Of a DNA stretch of 64,000 nucleotides, positions 34,414 through 45,522 are shown piece after piece. Source of the DNA: Opitutales bacterium (GTDB lineage Bacteria > Verrucomicrobiota > Verrucomicrobiia > Opitutales > UBA2987); the NCBI GenBank assembly GCA_965226885.1, contig CBDDEL010000016.1:448001-512000 (forward strand), written 5' to 3'. The first letter of the stretch is position 1; each line of letters starts with the position of its first letter. The notes beneath the pieces are model-generated. The model saw only the letters and a program-made list of their open reading frames with translations, made no database searches and was not told the DNA's origin. Both the position numbers and the translations under genes were made by a program.

Positions 34414-35112
34414 TTACGTTGGTGTAGAGTAATTGAATAGGGTGAATAGGTTTTCAAAATCGATGGGAGCCGGTGAATCGATTTGCACCAGACAGGATTT
34501 GCGCGGATGCATAAACGATATCCGGGTGCAATGCAGCATTAAGCGGTCTATTTGAAGTTTTTCCCTGAATATACGGTTTTGGCAGGCCTCACCGTGTTCT
34601 GCATCGCCCACTACGGGATGCGCAAAATGATTCAAATGGCGTCGTATCTGATGCCTCCGCCCGCTTACCGGCTCCACTTCCAGCAAAGAATAGCGGGCCG
34701 TCTGGTAGGGGCCCACGGCATAGGGCAATTCCATCCTGGCCAAAGGCCGGTAATGAGTCGTAGCAAGCTGCTTTTCGCCGTCCGGCGTCCGCTTCAAGGG
34801 ATCGTCCAGGGTGCCCGCCTCTTCCACCCAGCCCCTGACAACCGTTATATAAGTTTTGTGAATTTTATGGTCGCGGAAAAGTTCACTCAGCCCTCCGGCG
34901 GTTTCTTTATCGAGAGCGAATAGCAACACCCCGGAGGTTTTGCGATCCAGCCTGTGGACGGGGTAAACCCATTGGTCAAGCTGGTCACGCAGGTTATTCA
35001 TGCAAGTCCGCCGATCGGTTGCCATACCTGTTTTGTGAACGATTAAACCGCTCGGTTTATCGATCGCTACCATGTAGCAATCATTATACAGGAGGATTAA
35101 AGGTTCACTCAT
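34414..35112 (-). CDS. truC: RluA/TruC-family pseudouridine synthase
   Basis: VHRLDRKTSG, GRRHQIRRHL, HPVVGD; TruC-like TARYSLLEV. Confidence 0.75.
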   Translation of the reverse strand: MSEPLILLYNDCYMVAIDKPSGLIVHKTGMATDRRTCMNNLRDQLDQWVYPVHRLDRKTSGVLLFALDKETAGGLSELFRDHKIHKTYITVVRGWVEEAGTLDDPLKRTPDGEKQLATTHYRPLARMELPYAVGPYQTARYSLLEVEPVSGRRHQIRRHLNHFAHPVVGDAEHGEACQNRIFREKLQIDRLMLHCTRISFMHPRKSCLVQIDSPAPIDFENLFTLFNYSTPT

Positions 35113-35359
35113 GGCAGGTAGATAAATACATTTTTTGCAAGCACGCGCATGAAGCAATAAAATGCGGGTCGTTGTTTGTCGGCAGAGTGAGTTTCAATAT
35201 CAACAGAATTCGGCTGGCATCCTTTTTCATAAAGGGGCAACCCAATCGTGTAATCCTCTATCAAACCCAACTAGCCTATTGACAGCCGCTGACGAGGAGC
35301 TAATTTCTGGCTTTTTCAAATTCAATCCGGGCGAATATCGGGACGCTGAACGCATTGCT

Positions 35360-37063
35360 ATGATTACATGGATTCAAAGAGTTTTTCAAAGACACAACAA
35401 GTGGCTCTTCTCACTCTTGTTAATTGTCATAATCGTGGCTTTTGTGCTGACCATCACCCCGGCCGGAAGCGGTTTGTCTCGCGGAGAGGGCAAGATTCGC
35501 CAGGACGATTATTTCGGAGTCAACATGGCCTCCGAATCGGAAGTTCGAGCGCTCGTTCTGGATGCGCAGGTCAGCACCTGGTTCACTACCGGAAGCCAGG
35601 TGACCCAGTTTAACTATTTGCTCGACCTGGCTTTAGATCGAACAGCTCTGCTCGCTCTGGCCGACGAAATTGGGGTGCCTACCCCCAGTGAATCCCAATT
35701 GGAGGAAAACATTCGCAGCAATCCAAAATTTGCAAACCCGGACGGATCCTTCAACAGTAAAACTTACGACGATTTCCGGAAGGGCCTAAGAACAAACTCC
35801 AGATTTACGGAAGCTATGGTCCACAAGGCGATGATTGAGGATTACCGCATACAACAGGTGAGCGAAGCGCTGACCGGTCCCGGATATGTCCAAAGCAAGG
35901 AGGCCAGGGAAAAATTAAAAAGCGAAAAAACACTCTGGTCGGTTGAAGTTGCCACCCTGGACTACCAATCCTACGAACCGGAAATCGAAATCGAGGAAGA
36001 AAAACTTGAGGAATATTACGAATCCAACAAAACCAATTACGAAGAACGGCCTAAGGCGAAGGTCACCGCCATCCATTTTACGATTGCCAATTTCAGGGAC
36101 GCAGCGGCAGAGGAACTGCCCGATGAGGCGATCCTGGAAAGCTATTTTCAAAAAAATAAAGCCCGTTTCGATAAAAAGCCGAATATCTCATTGCTGGGTT
36201 CGGAAGACGAACAGGATTCCGCAGCTGTAGATGATGCCGAAACGACCTTCGCTGAGGCCCGTTCCCAGGTGGAACAGGCTTGGATTGACGATAAAGCCAA
36301 TTCCCTGGCTGAAGTGAAAGCGTTTGATTTTACGGAGCTACTCTATGAAAGAAACATCGACCAAAATTCTCCTGAAATGGAAGAGTTGATCCGTGCTAGC
36401 GGCGCTGAAAAAATAACCCTGGAGCCTTACGCACAAAACCGGCGCCCGCCCAATACCTTAATTCCGCTGTCCGGTCTTAACCAGATTTTTAATTTACCCC
36501 ACGGCCGTTATTTCACTGACGCCCTGAGCAGCCCCGATGGAGCCAGCGTGCTCCTTATTGACGGCATGATCTTTGCCCGCATCCCCGAGCTGGATGAAGT
36601 TCGCGAAGTAGCCGAAGCCAACTATCGGGAAATTCGCCGCAAAGAACTTTTCATCAAAAATGGTGAAGAAATCCAGGAACGAATCGAAACGGGCCTGAAG
36701 ACGGGTCAATCGTTCCAGGAGTTAACCGAAATTGAGGAGATGGAAACGACGGCCTTTGAAGACTTCACCAGCAAGAACCCTCCCTCCGGATTTAACAGGG
36801 CTCTTTTCGTTCAAAATGAAAATCTCGAACCGGGCCAGGTGTCACCCATGGTTTTCCTTCAAAACAAGGCGAATTTCGTTTACCTGAAAAGCAAAGATCT
36901 GCCGGACATTCCCGCTGATTCTTCCGAAATTGAGACTTACGCCAAAAGCCTGGCTCAATCGGTTCTTCCCGCCAACAGCTATGCCCTGGTTTCGGAAATC
37001 GTTAACCAGGAACGGGCAAAGTCGGGTGAGCAAAACGAGGATTCTTCTGAAACCGGCAATTAA
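35360..37063 (+). CDS. SurA N-terminal domain / PpiD-like periplasmic chaperone
   Basis: MITWIQRVFQRHNKWLFSLLLIVIIVAFVL membrane anchor followed by a SurA_N-like helical domain. Confidence 0.75.
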   Translation: MITWIQRVFQRHNKWLFSLLLIVIIVAFVLTITPAGSGLSRGEGKIRQDDYFGVNMASESEVRALVLDAQVSTWFTTGSQVTQFNYLLDLALDRTALLALADEIGVPTPSESQLEENIRSNPKFANPDGSFNSKTYDDFRKGLRTNSRFTEAMVHKAMIEDYRIQQVSEALTGPGYVQSKEAREKLKSEKTLWSVEVATLDYQSYEPEIEIEEEKLEEYYESNKTNYEERPKAKVTAIHFTIANFRDAAAEELPDEAILESYFQKNKARFDKKPNISLLGSEDEQDSAAVDDAETTFAEARSQVEQAWIDDKANSLAEVKAFDFTELLYERNIDQNSPEMEELIRASGAEKITLEPYAQNRRPPNTLIPLSGLNQIFNLPHGRYFTDALSSPDGASVLLIDGMIFARIPELDEVREVAEANYREIRRKELFIKNGEEIQERIETGLKTGQSFQELTEIEEMETTAFEDFTSKNPPSGFNRALFVQNENLEPGQVSPMVFLQNKANFVYLKSKDLPDIPADSSEIETYAKSLAQSVLPANSYALVSEIVNQERAKSGEQNEDSSETGN

Positions 37064-37983
37064 TCGAAGAGGGATTCGGGCTGTCCCTTTAAATTCTTTT
37101 TCAAAAAAAGCCAGCGATCCACGGGAATCTGTTTTTTAAACCAGGTGCGTTGTTTTTTGACCAACCTCATGGTGTTCCTGGCAATGTTATCCTCGAGATC
37201 GGCAATGTTGTTTCCGCCGCCTTTCAGGTATTCGATACACTCGCGATAACCAATGGCGAGGGCGGCACTGGGATTTTCTGAAATCCCTGCATCGAGCAAT
37301 CTCCTGACCTCATCAAGCAAACCCTGGCTGAGCATTTGTCGAACCCTCTGGACAACGCGGGATTTGTTGTCTTCTTTTTCACGCCAAAGGCAGCAAACCT
37401 GTTTTTTAAATTGGGGAAAGGGCCACGGTTTTTCTTCAAACTCGCGGTTTAACTGGATGGCAGTCTTGCCGGAGGCCAGGCAGCGCTGCAATGAATTGAT
37501 TACGCGGCGCGGATTTTGCCAGTCCAACGATCCACAACCATCCGGGTTCAGCCTTTTCAATTCTCTGGTTAGCCCATCCAGACCACCGTCATCGTAGAGC
37601 GATTGCACCTGTTGCACAATTTCACTGGAAATTTTCGAATCGTCCACCACAGGGGAAAAAAATGATTTCAAATAAAATCCGCTGCCTCCAACCACGAGGA
37701 CATTTTTCCCTCTTCCCAGGATATCCGTTATCGCCGATTTCGAAAATTTCACATACTCAGCCACATTGAAAGGTTCCCCCAGAGAACAGATATCTACTCC
37801 ATGATGCCTCACCTTCAATCGTTGATCACTTGTCGGTTTAGCCGTCCCGATATCCATTCCCCGGTAGAATAGGAGGGAATCGCAGGAAAGAATTTCACCA
37901 TCATTATTGAGGCTCCAATTGAGGCTCAAATCGGTTTTTCCGGATGCACTGGCGCCGGTTAAAAAATAAAGCGTTAGACTCAT
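37060..37983 (-). CDS. miaA: tRNA dimethylallyltransferase
   Basis: GASASGKT, DSLLFYRGMDIGTAKP, VGGSGFY, KKQRTWF. Confidence 0.93.
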   Translation of the reverse strand: MSLTLYFLTGASASGKTDLSLNWSLNNDGEILSCDSLLFYRGMDIGTAKPTSDQRLKVRHHGVDICSLGEPFNVAEYVKFSKSAITDILGRGKNVLVVGGSGFYLKSFFSPVVDDSKISSEIVQQVQSLYDDGGLDGLTRELKRLNPDGCGSLDWQNPRRVINSLQRCLASGKTAIQLNREFEEKPWPFPQFKKQVCCLWREKEDNKSRVVQRVRQMLSQGLLDEVRRLLDAGISENPSAALAIGYRECIEYLKGGGNNIADLEDNIARNTMRLVKKQRTWFKKQIPVDRWLFLKKNLKGQPESLFD

Positions 37984-38199
37984 CGTGAAACCATCAACCC
38001 ATGAATGTTTATTGTTCCGGCTCAATTCCCGAAAGGATTTTCAATATTCACTGTTTTCCCGGTACAATTCGAGTAATAAAACAAGCGCCGTTACTAAATT
38101 CATTGAAAATATACTAACGCTAATAGATGGCTTCATATTGAGTAAATTCCTCTATAGACGGCTCTTTGGGATTTAAAATAATAACGATTTCCGAAAAGA

Positions 38200-38535
38200 A
38201 ACTAAAAATTATCCACCCTGAGAATAAGTAATCGAAATTCGACAACAGCAGCTCAAAGGGCGTTCATAGTGAAAAATATTGCTTATCTTTTTTGCGTTGT
38301 TCATCGCAAAGACAAATGTTTTTTATAATAACTATGTAATATTAGTTTATATATTATATAATATGTTGTATTACAGTAAGTAACAATTATAAGAAATCAT
38401 TTATAAGAATCGAAAAGACCGACCTTGACGAACCAGGCAATTGAGTTAAACGCATGTGGATTTAGCTTTTATTGCGATTGTTATGATGCTCCGATTTACT
38501 GTATTTAACATTGTGAATAACTCGTGAATAATTCG
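38200..38535. other. AT-rich intergenic region with DnaA-box-like motifs (candidate oriC)
   Basis: TGTGAATAA 38512-38520, CGTGAATAA 38523-38531, TTATCCACC 38209-38217, TGTGGATTT 38455-38463; very AT-rich 38318-38410. Confidence 0.3.
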
Positions 38536-38592
38536 ATTCCGTCTTGCTGGTTAGGGGTTTCCGGCATTTTTGAATCGACCGGTGTCGATTGT

Positions 38593-39390
38593 TCAAAAAA
38601 GGCCACTGGTTAGAGTTTGCAGTTTTTCGGCCAGAATAGACATCATAATTTTCCTGTCGTTACTATTTCTTCCGATACAATTAACTAACGCACTGCCTAC
38701 GACAACGCCGTCGGCAATGGCGCCCACCGCTCTGACCTGACTTGCATTTGAAATTCCGAAACCGACCACGACAGGCAATGATGTTCGTTCCCGGATCGAT
38801 TTTAGCGGATTTTCCAATTCGTAGGAGATATCCGGTTGTTCTCCCGTGACACCCTCCCTGGAGACATAATAAATAAATCCGGAGGAAGCTTTGGCTATCA
38901 ATTCCACACGCTCCGGCGGAGTAGTCGGCGCCACGATAAAAATATTTTTCAAACCCATTTGACGACTGGCAGAGATTAAATCGCCAGCCTCTTCCGGCGG
39001 CAGATCCAGGGTGAGCAAACCGTCAACCCCGGCGGTCGTCAATTCCTTCACATAAGTCGTTATCCCGCGCGCATAGACGAGGTTGAAGTAAGTGTACAAA
39101 ACAATCGGTTTTTGGGTAAAGGTGCGCACTTCCTTCACCAACCGGAGAAGTTTTTCATGGTTCATGCCGCCGCTGAGGGCGCGCTCCGCGGCTAATTGGC
39201 TGGTTGGACCATCAGCCAGAGGATCGGAAAAAGGGACTCCAATTTCCAGCAAGTCCACGCGATTTTCAGCCAGGAGACGACAGATTTCCACCGAGGTTTG
39301 ATAGTCGGGATCACCCGCGCAGGTATATGAAATGAAGCAGGCCCGATTTTCTTGCTTCGTTGAGGCAAATGTGGCGGCAATTCGATCCAT
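38593..39390 (-). CDS. trpA: tryptophan synthase alpha chain
   Basis: EIGVPFSDPLADGP, YYVSREGVTG, VGFGIS, GVVVGSALV. Confidence 0.96.
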   Translation of the reverse strand: MDRIAATFASTKQENRACFISYTCAGDPDYQTSVEICRLLAENRVDLLEIGVPFSDPLADGPTSQLAAERALSGGMNHEKLLRLVKEVRTFTQKPIVLYTYFNLVYARGITTYVKELTTAGVDGLLTLDLPPEEAGDLISASRQMGLKNIFIVAPTTPPERVELIAKASSGFIYYVSREGVTGEQPDISYELENPLKSIRERTSLPVVVGFGISNASQVRAVGAIADGVVVGSALVNCIGRNSNDRKIMMSILAEKLQTLTSGLF

Positions 39391-39558
39391 TTAAGGAAGA
39401 AGGCTAGACACCTTCTTTGGATGCCGACAATCATAAAGTTTTCCACCTGCCTGAAATTGGCGCGGGGTTGTTCGTTGCAGGAGACAGTTTTCAGGTTTCA
39501 AGTCTCGACATTTTTACTTCCGTCTTCTGAATTCTTTCCTGACTCTGTATTTAACAAC

Positions 39559-40875
39559 ATGATCTGGATTTACCGAATATTGTATCTCCCTCTACTCATT
39601 TTGTTTTCGCCCTATTACGTTTACAGAATGTTTCGGCGGGGTGGTTACAAAAGGGGGTTTATGCAACGATTCGGACTCATTGAGCCGATGAGCCCTCCAT
39701 TGCCGGGAAAAAAACGGATTTGGCTACAAGCGGTCAGTGTTGGCGAAATTCTTGCTGTGGCCCCCATTATCGAATCCCTGGCCAAGGGGGGGAAAACGGA
39801 GGTGGTTCTGACCACGACGACCAGCACCGGGATGAAGGTCGCGCGGGAACGGTATGGCGAAATCACCTACTCCATAGGCATTTTCCCTCTCGATTTTTGG
39901 CTTTTCAGCCATACCGCCTGGAATCGAATTAATCCGGACATGGCCATTTTAATGGAGAGCGAACTCTGGCCCGAGCATATACGCCAGGCAAATCGAAGAA
40001 AAATTGAGATCATTCTGATTAACGCTCGTCTATCCGATAATTCTTACAATCGTTATAAAAAGCTAAGGTTTTTGTTCCGCGGATTGACGAATAATCTCAG
40101 TCAGATACTGGCATCGTCGGCGCAGGACATGCATCGTTTTCGGGAACTGGGGGTGGCGTCGAAAAAAATCGAAGTTGCCGGAAACCTCAAATTCGACGTC
40201 AGCGTGGAACCTCTCCTCGACCGGGCCTGGATTGATGCTCTGAAAGAAGAGTTGGGCTTCATGGCAACAAACGAGGAAGAAAAGAAGCCCGTTATCCTGC
40301 TTGGCTCCTCCACTTGGCCAGGCGAAGAAGAATGGCTCTTGAATATCATAAATGAAGCCCAATCATTGGGCCTCAACTGCCGTCTCCTGCTGACTCCCCG
40401 CCATGCCGAAAGAAGGGGGGAGATTAAGAAACTCCTAGCAACCCTGGAATTTCCATTCCACTTTAGATCCGAAGGGAAAAAAGCGCCCGGTCTTGTCATG
40501 ATTTACGTAGGAGACACGACCGGTGAGTTGAAAATGCTGACCCAGGCAGCCGATCTCGTTTTTATCGGCAAAAGCCTCCCACCCAATGCAGGAGGCCAGA
40601 CGCCGATTGAGGCCGCCGCTCTCGGCAAGCCGTTGGTTTTCGGCCCTGCCATGAGCAATTTCAGCGATGTATGCCGATCGTTGCTCAAAAGCGGAGCGGC
40701 CCGCCAAGTCAGTAATGGAACTGAACTTCAGGAAACTATCTTGCATTTATTAAAAGATTCGCATGAACGGGCCAGCATGGCGCAAGCGGCCCAAAAGTGG
40801 CACGCTGAAAACCAGGGAGCGGCCCAAGTTATACAGCGGGAAATCGAGAATCGCCTTCGGTCAAGGCTCGTGTAA
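39559..40875 (+). CDS. waaA: 3-deoxy-D-manno-octulosonic acid transferase
   Basis: WLQAVSVGE, ESELWP, INARLS, PRHAER, GGQTPIEAA. Confidence 0.93.
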   Translation: MIWIYRILYLPLLILFSPYYVYRMFRRGGYKRGFMQRFGLIEPMSPPLPGKKRIWLQAVSVGEILAVAPIIESLAKGGKTEVVLTTTTSTGMKVARERYGEITYSIGIFPLDFWLFSHTAWNRINPDMAILMESELWPEHIRQANRRKIEIILINARLSDNSYNRYKKLRFLFRGLTNNLSQILASSAQDMHRFRELGVASKKIEVAGNLKFDVSVEPLLDRAWIDALKEELGFMATNEEEKKPVILLGSSTWPGEEEWLLNIINEAQSLGLNCRLLLTPRHAERRGEIKKLLATLEFPFHFRSEGKKAPGLVMIYVGDTTGELKMLTQAADLVFIGKSLPPNAGGQTPIEAAALGKPLVFGPAMSNFSDVCRSLLKSGAARQVSNGTELQETILHLLKDSHERASMAQAAQKWHAENQGAAQVIQREIENRLRSRLV

Positions 40876-40928
40876 ACTGGGCTGTGGTGTAACCTTTAGC
40901 CTGATGATTTATAAAAAACGAAAAAGAG

Positions 40929-43166
40929 TCACTCCGGTAGTGTCGGTGTCAGGAGTCTAAGTTGTATCTGGGAACCCTTGTATTCGTAAAACTCCTTCAC
41001 CTCCGTTGCCCGGCACTTTTCAAGCAGCGTTATGGCGCCATCTGAATCTCCTTCCACCATGCGTTTGTTGGCGGCATAAAAGTAGGCTTCGCACAATTGG
41101 CGAATTTGGGTTGTTTCATCATCGGAGAGGGCCGCCCGGTTAAGGTCTTCCTCATCGATGTCCTCGAGGTAGAAACGGGCTAAAACCGAATACCAGTCTC
41201 CCGATTTTTCGGCTGATCGATTTTCAAACTGCGCTCGCAATTCTTTTTCCCCTTCGATTTTCCGGCCCAGCCGTCCGTTGGCCATCCACATCCAGAGATT
41301 GGAATAGTCCCTGGCTTCGCCTTCGAGATCGAGTTGACGACTTTTTTGAATATCTTGCAGGGCTTTGTCATATTTTTCCAGGACCAGGTAATAGAATGCT
41401 CTCTGAATATAGATTTCGGGATTATTCGGGTGGAGGGAGAGGATATTTGAAAAATCGGAGATGGCCCCTTCGGTATCGTCAAGCTCCAGCAGGCTTTCGG
41501 CTCTTCGCAAATAGGCTTCGGCGGAGTTGGGCTGAAGCCGCAAAACCTCGGTAAAGTCTTTGATAGAGCCCACGTAGTCGCCGATTCTGAGCTTGGCCAG
41601 TCCCCTGCTGCCCCAGGTGTTCACATCGGTGACGCCATCGACAAGTATCAAGTCGAAGTCGTTGATAGCGCTTTGATAATCCTGAATTTCAATTTTCAAC
41701 TGTCCTCGCCAGGATAGCCATTGCATGGAGGCAGGTTCCAACTGCAAAGCCACATTGAGATCGGCAATGGCCTTTTCAACTTCTCCCTTGAATCCCATAA
41801 CCAAACCGCGGGCTGCAAAAGAACGGGCATCATCGGGATCCAGACTGATGGCCTGGCTGAAATCGGCCAGGGCGGGGTCGTATTCATTCAATTGCACATA
41901 GGCGTTGCCTCTGGCCAAATAGCCATTGGGATCTTCCGGCATCAGCTGAATCACTTCGTTGAGATCGGAAACAGCGCCGGTTAAATCTTCTTTTTTCATC
42001 CTGGCGTTGGCCCTACCGCCAAAGGCGTCGGGATTTTTCGGATCGATGCGAATGGCTTCGGTATAGTCCTCGATGCCCCCATCGGGGTTTCCTGTCTCGG
42101 CTTTTACAAGACCCCGAGCCATCAATGCCTCGACATGTTCCGGGATCAGCCGCAAGGTCTCATTAAAATCTATTACAGCGGCCTCAAAATCGTGGTTAAA
42201 TAGCTTGGCGTTACCTCGCTCGAAGTAGAGCTGGCCCGATTCGGGATCCAGCTTTATGGCCTCATCATAATTCAAAATAGCGGAGCGCCAGTACTTCAGC
42301 TCATAATAAACCCGGGCCCTGGAAAGCAGTGCTTCGAGGCTGGGCGGACCTGATTTAAAGTACCGGTTAATATCGACCAGGGCGGCTTCCCGATCGCCGA
42401 ATTGGAGCAAGGCGTTGCCTCTTTTCAAATAGGCGTAGGGGTAATCGGGGTCTGCCTTGATGGCCTTGTTGTAATCGGTGTTGGCGCTGATGATGTCACC
42501 CGATTTCTCCCGTGCCATGCCACGGCGCACATAAGCCTCCGCATTGAGCGGTTCCAGCCGAATCACTTGGGAATAATCCTCAATGGCCCCGGCATAGTCT
42601 TGCAGGGCCATTTTTGACTCCGCTCTGTTAATAAAAGCTTCCGTCCAGTTGGGCCAGAGCCGGATGGCTTCCGAATAATCTTTGACACTGTCCGCGTGCT
42701 CCCCGCTTTTGCCCTTGGCCCGGGCTCGGTTGTAATAGGCATTGGCAACCATGGGGCCTTGGCTGAAAGCATTCCGGTAATCGACCAAAGCCCCTTGCAA
42801 ATCCCCTTTTTTTGCTTTCGTGGAGGCGTTATCGATCGTCTCCTCCACTTTTTCCAGCTCGATAGAAATAACCTGGGTAAAGTCCTCTCTGGCTTTTTCG
42901 TAATCACCCTCCCCCATCCGCGACATACCCTTTAACAAAATAGCCTGGCTCCAATCCGGGCGTTTCCTGGCGGCGCGGGAAAAAGCTTCCGTAGCGGCAG
43001 CATAATCGCGGGCTTCGTAATGATCTTCTCCCAAAGCATAATAATTTTCGGGTGTTTTTTGCGGGCCGAACGCACAGCCAGCCGCCCATGCCGACATCGC
43101 GGCCAACACCATCCATTTAAATAGGCGCAAACATGCCGGCGCCGACCATGCCGTTGAATTTTCCAT
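40929..43166 (-). CDS. long TPR-repeat protein, probable lipoprotein with NlpI-like C-terminus
   Basis: Lipobox-like WAAGC; more than 15 TPRs (AYxNRG...A..DY..AI.L.P); C-terminal LCEAYFY...EFYEY. Confidence 0.85.
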   Translation of the reverse strand: MENSTAWSAPACLRLFKWMVLAAMSAWAAGCAFGPQKTPENYYALGEDHYEARDYAAATEAFSRAARKRPDWSQAILLKGMSRMGEGDYEKAREDFTQVISIELEKVEETIDNASTKAKKGDLQGALVDYRNAFSQGPMVANAYYNRARAKGKSGEHADSVKDYSEAIRLWPNWTEAFINRAESKMALQDYAGAIEDYSQVIRLEPLNAEAYVRRGMAREKSGDIISANTDYNKAIKADPDYPYAYLKRGNALLQFGDREAALVDINRYFKSGPPSLEALLSRARVYYELKYWRSAILNYDEAIKLDPESGQLYFERGNAKLFNHDFEAAVIDFNETLRLIPEHVEALMARGLVKAETGNPDGGIEDYTEAIRIDPKNPDAFGGRANARMKKEDLTGAVSDLNEVIQLMPEDPNGYLARGNAYVQLNEYDPALADFSQAISLDPDDARSFAARGLVMGFKGEVEKAIADLNVALQLEPASMQWLSWRGQLKIEIQDYQSAINDFDLILVDGVTDVNTWGSRGLAKLRIGDYVGSIKDFTEVLRLQPNSAEAYLRRAESLLELDDTEGAISDFSNILSLHPNNPEIYIQRAFYYLVLEKYDKALQDIQKSRQLDLEGEARDYSNLWMWMANGRLGRKIEGEKELRAQFENRSAEKSGDWYSVLARFYLEDIDEEDLNRAALSDDETTQIRQLCEAYFYAANKRMVEGDSDGAITLLEKCRATEVKEFYEYKGSQIQLRLLTPTLPE

Positions 43167-43436
43167 TATTTTCTCAAATCAAGTATGCCGATTATTGAAA
43201 TCTTGCCATTTTTTCAACCCCTAACAAATATCAAAAGCCGATGCCCATCTGTTCCAAGGGTTTGCATCTATATGTTTTGGGCCGGGACGAGAGCTACGAT
43301 GAAGTCAATTTTATGAGATTGCCATGTTCCCGCAATTTATTGAAAGTTGTTATAAAGCTGTCTGAAAAGTAAAAATCCCACTTTTTCCAAGAAACGTTCT
43401 GTGGAGTCATGAAAATGAACTGCCAACAGTCCATAA

Positions 43437-45353
43437 ATGCCTGACTGGAAAAAAATGAAAGTCCATTGCTTTAACTTGCCCCAAGAGAAGGCAGCATACC
43501 GGGAATCCGAATGCCTGAAAACCTTTCACCTATTACGGCCTATGAAGCAGATATCTGATTATCGCGCATTGTTATTGAAAATCATCCTATCCCTTGCGGG
43601 CATCTCCATGCTCGATCCCACGACCGGGTTTGCCCTCGAACCGAGGAAAGAGCTGACTCAATACCAATACACCAATTGGGGGGTCAAGGACGGCCTCGGC
43701 AACATGGAGGTGCTGGACATGATACAGACTCGCGATGGCTATCTTTGGATCGCGAATTTCGGCGGTATCGTGCGCTTCGACGGCATTGAGTTTAGCATTT
43801 ATGATCGTGTCAATTATCCGAACCTTGATGCAACGGGTTTTTGGACGCTGGCCGAGGATGAATTGGGAACCTTGTGGCTGGGTGGCAATGGCGGAGGACT
43901 TTATACCTTTAAGGACGGGGTTTTCAAGGCTTACACCACCGAGAATGGACTTCTCAGCAATGTGGTGCAATTCCTTGATATTGACAAAACGGGCACTCTT
44001 TGGATTGGAACATCGAACGGGCTCAACTTCATCGCTCCCAACACCGGAAACACCATCGAGGCTTTTGCCCCGGAAACGCTAGAAGGCACCCATATCATAG
44101 ACCTGCAGGCCGCCCAAAATGGATCCGTGTGGGTGGCAACCCAGGAAAAAGGCATTTTTCAGATAGAAGACCATCGCCTCATCGAATTTCAAACTCCGGA
44201 CGGGTTTCCGCAAACTGGCATCCGCAGATTATTCATGACGAGCGACGACTGGCTTTGGGTAATCGCGGAAAATTCTGACGTCTATCGAACAAAAAACCAT
44301 GTAGTTTCTGCAATTACAATTGGGGATAATAAGGAAATCGGCCGCATTTATGGACTTTTTGAAGACAGCGAAGGAAATATCTGGATCGGCGCCGACCATG
44401 CAATTTTGCGGTGGAACGCCAAAGGGCTGAGGCAGTATGTTGATCGGGAGACCTTTACCGGATGGAGGTCTTTCTTCGAAGACAACGAAGGGAACCTCTG
44501 GATAGGCACCCATTATAATGGGCTGATACGGGCCAGCAACGGGAAATTCACCAATTTCTCAACCCTGGAAGGACTTTCCGACAACACGGTTAATGTGATT
44601 TTTGAGGATCTCGACGGCTCTATTCTGATCGGATCGAATGGAGGTGTGGACCGACTAAAAAACGGGGAAATTGAGCCCTACTTCCCCCTTAGAGGGAAAT
44701 TACCGAGTGAACGAGTGAGGGAAATATTCAGGGACTCCCATGGAGATTTATTGGTCGGCACACAAGGCGGCCTTACCCGTTTGCAAGACGACGAGGTGAA
44801 TACAATAACCACGGAAGATGGTCTACGGCACAATCAGGCACGGGTGCTGATGGAAGATCACCTGGGAAATCTGTGGATCGGCACCCGCAACGGCATAAGT
44901 CGTTTGATAAATGGTGAACTTACCTCATTCAGCGAGAAGGATGGTCTGGAAGAATCGTTTATTATCGAATTGTTTGAAGACTCCCTCGGAAATGTATGGG
45001 TGGGCACCGCTGGTGGTGGCATATTCCGCTTTGATAATAGATCCAACAGGTTCGAAAATTTTAACCGTGAAGACGGGATAAGCGGGGACACTGTCTTCCG
45101 GTTTTATGAGGATAATGAAGGAGCGTTATGGATAGGCACGGACAACGGGATTACCCTCTATCGTAACGGAAGTTTCAAAAGTTTGAAAAGTAAGTGTTGG
45201 CGATCTGCCGTCCACAGCGGTCTTTCATGTTTTGGAAGATGACCAGGGTTACCTCTGGATTACCTCCGACAAGGGCATTGGCCGCGTCCAGAAAGAGAGT
45301 TTGAAAGATTATATACTGGAAGGCCAGAACGATATTTCAATCGAAGTCTTTAG
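43437..45353 (+). pseudogene. two-component regulator propeller (Reg_prop) sensor protein, frameshifted and truncated
   Basis: Repeated ED..GNLWIGT..GL blades; 4-bp duplication AAGT x2 (45188-45195); remainder cut by the IS1380 end at 45354. Confidence 0.85.
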
Positions 45354-45522
45354 CCCGGATATTTCGTAAAAAAAGTATCGTTGATATGCTTAACTGCTGA
45401 TATACAGCAGGATAGATCAATAATTAAAGCAATATCAGCGATGACAAAAGGTAAACAATTAAAGCTACAGTTGACAAGGGTAAAAGGCCGCCGTGTGCGG
45501 GTTGATTTCAAGGGCGGAGAGG
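45354..45522 (+). mobile_element. IS1380 left-end fragment
   Basis: Matches the start of copy 1 through GGEV; preceded by TTAG. Confidence 0.9.
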
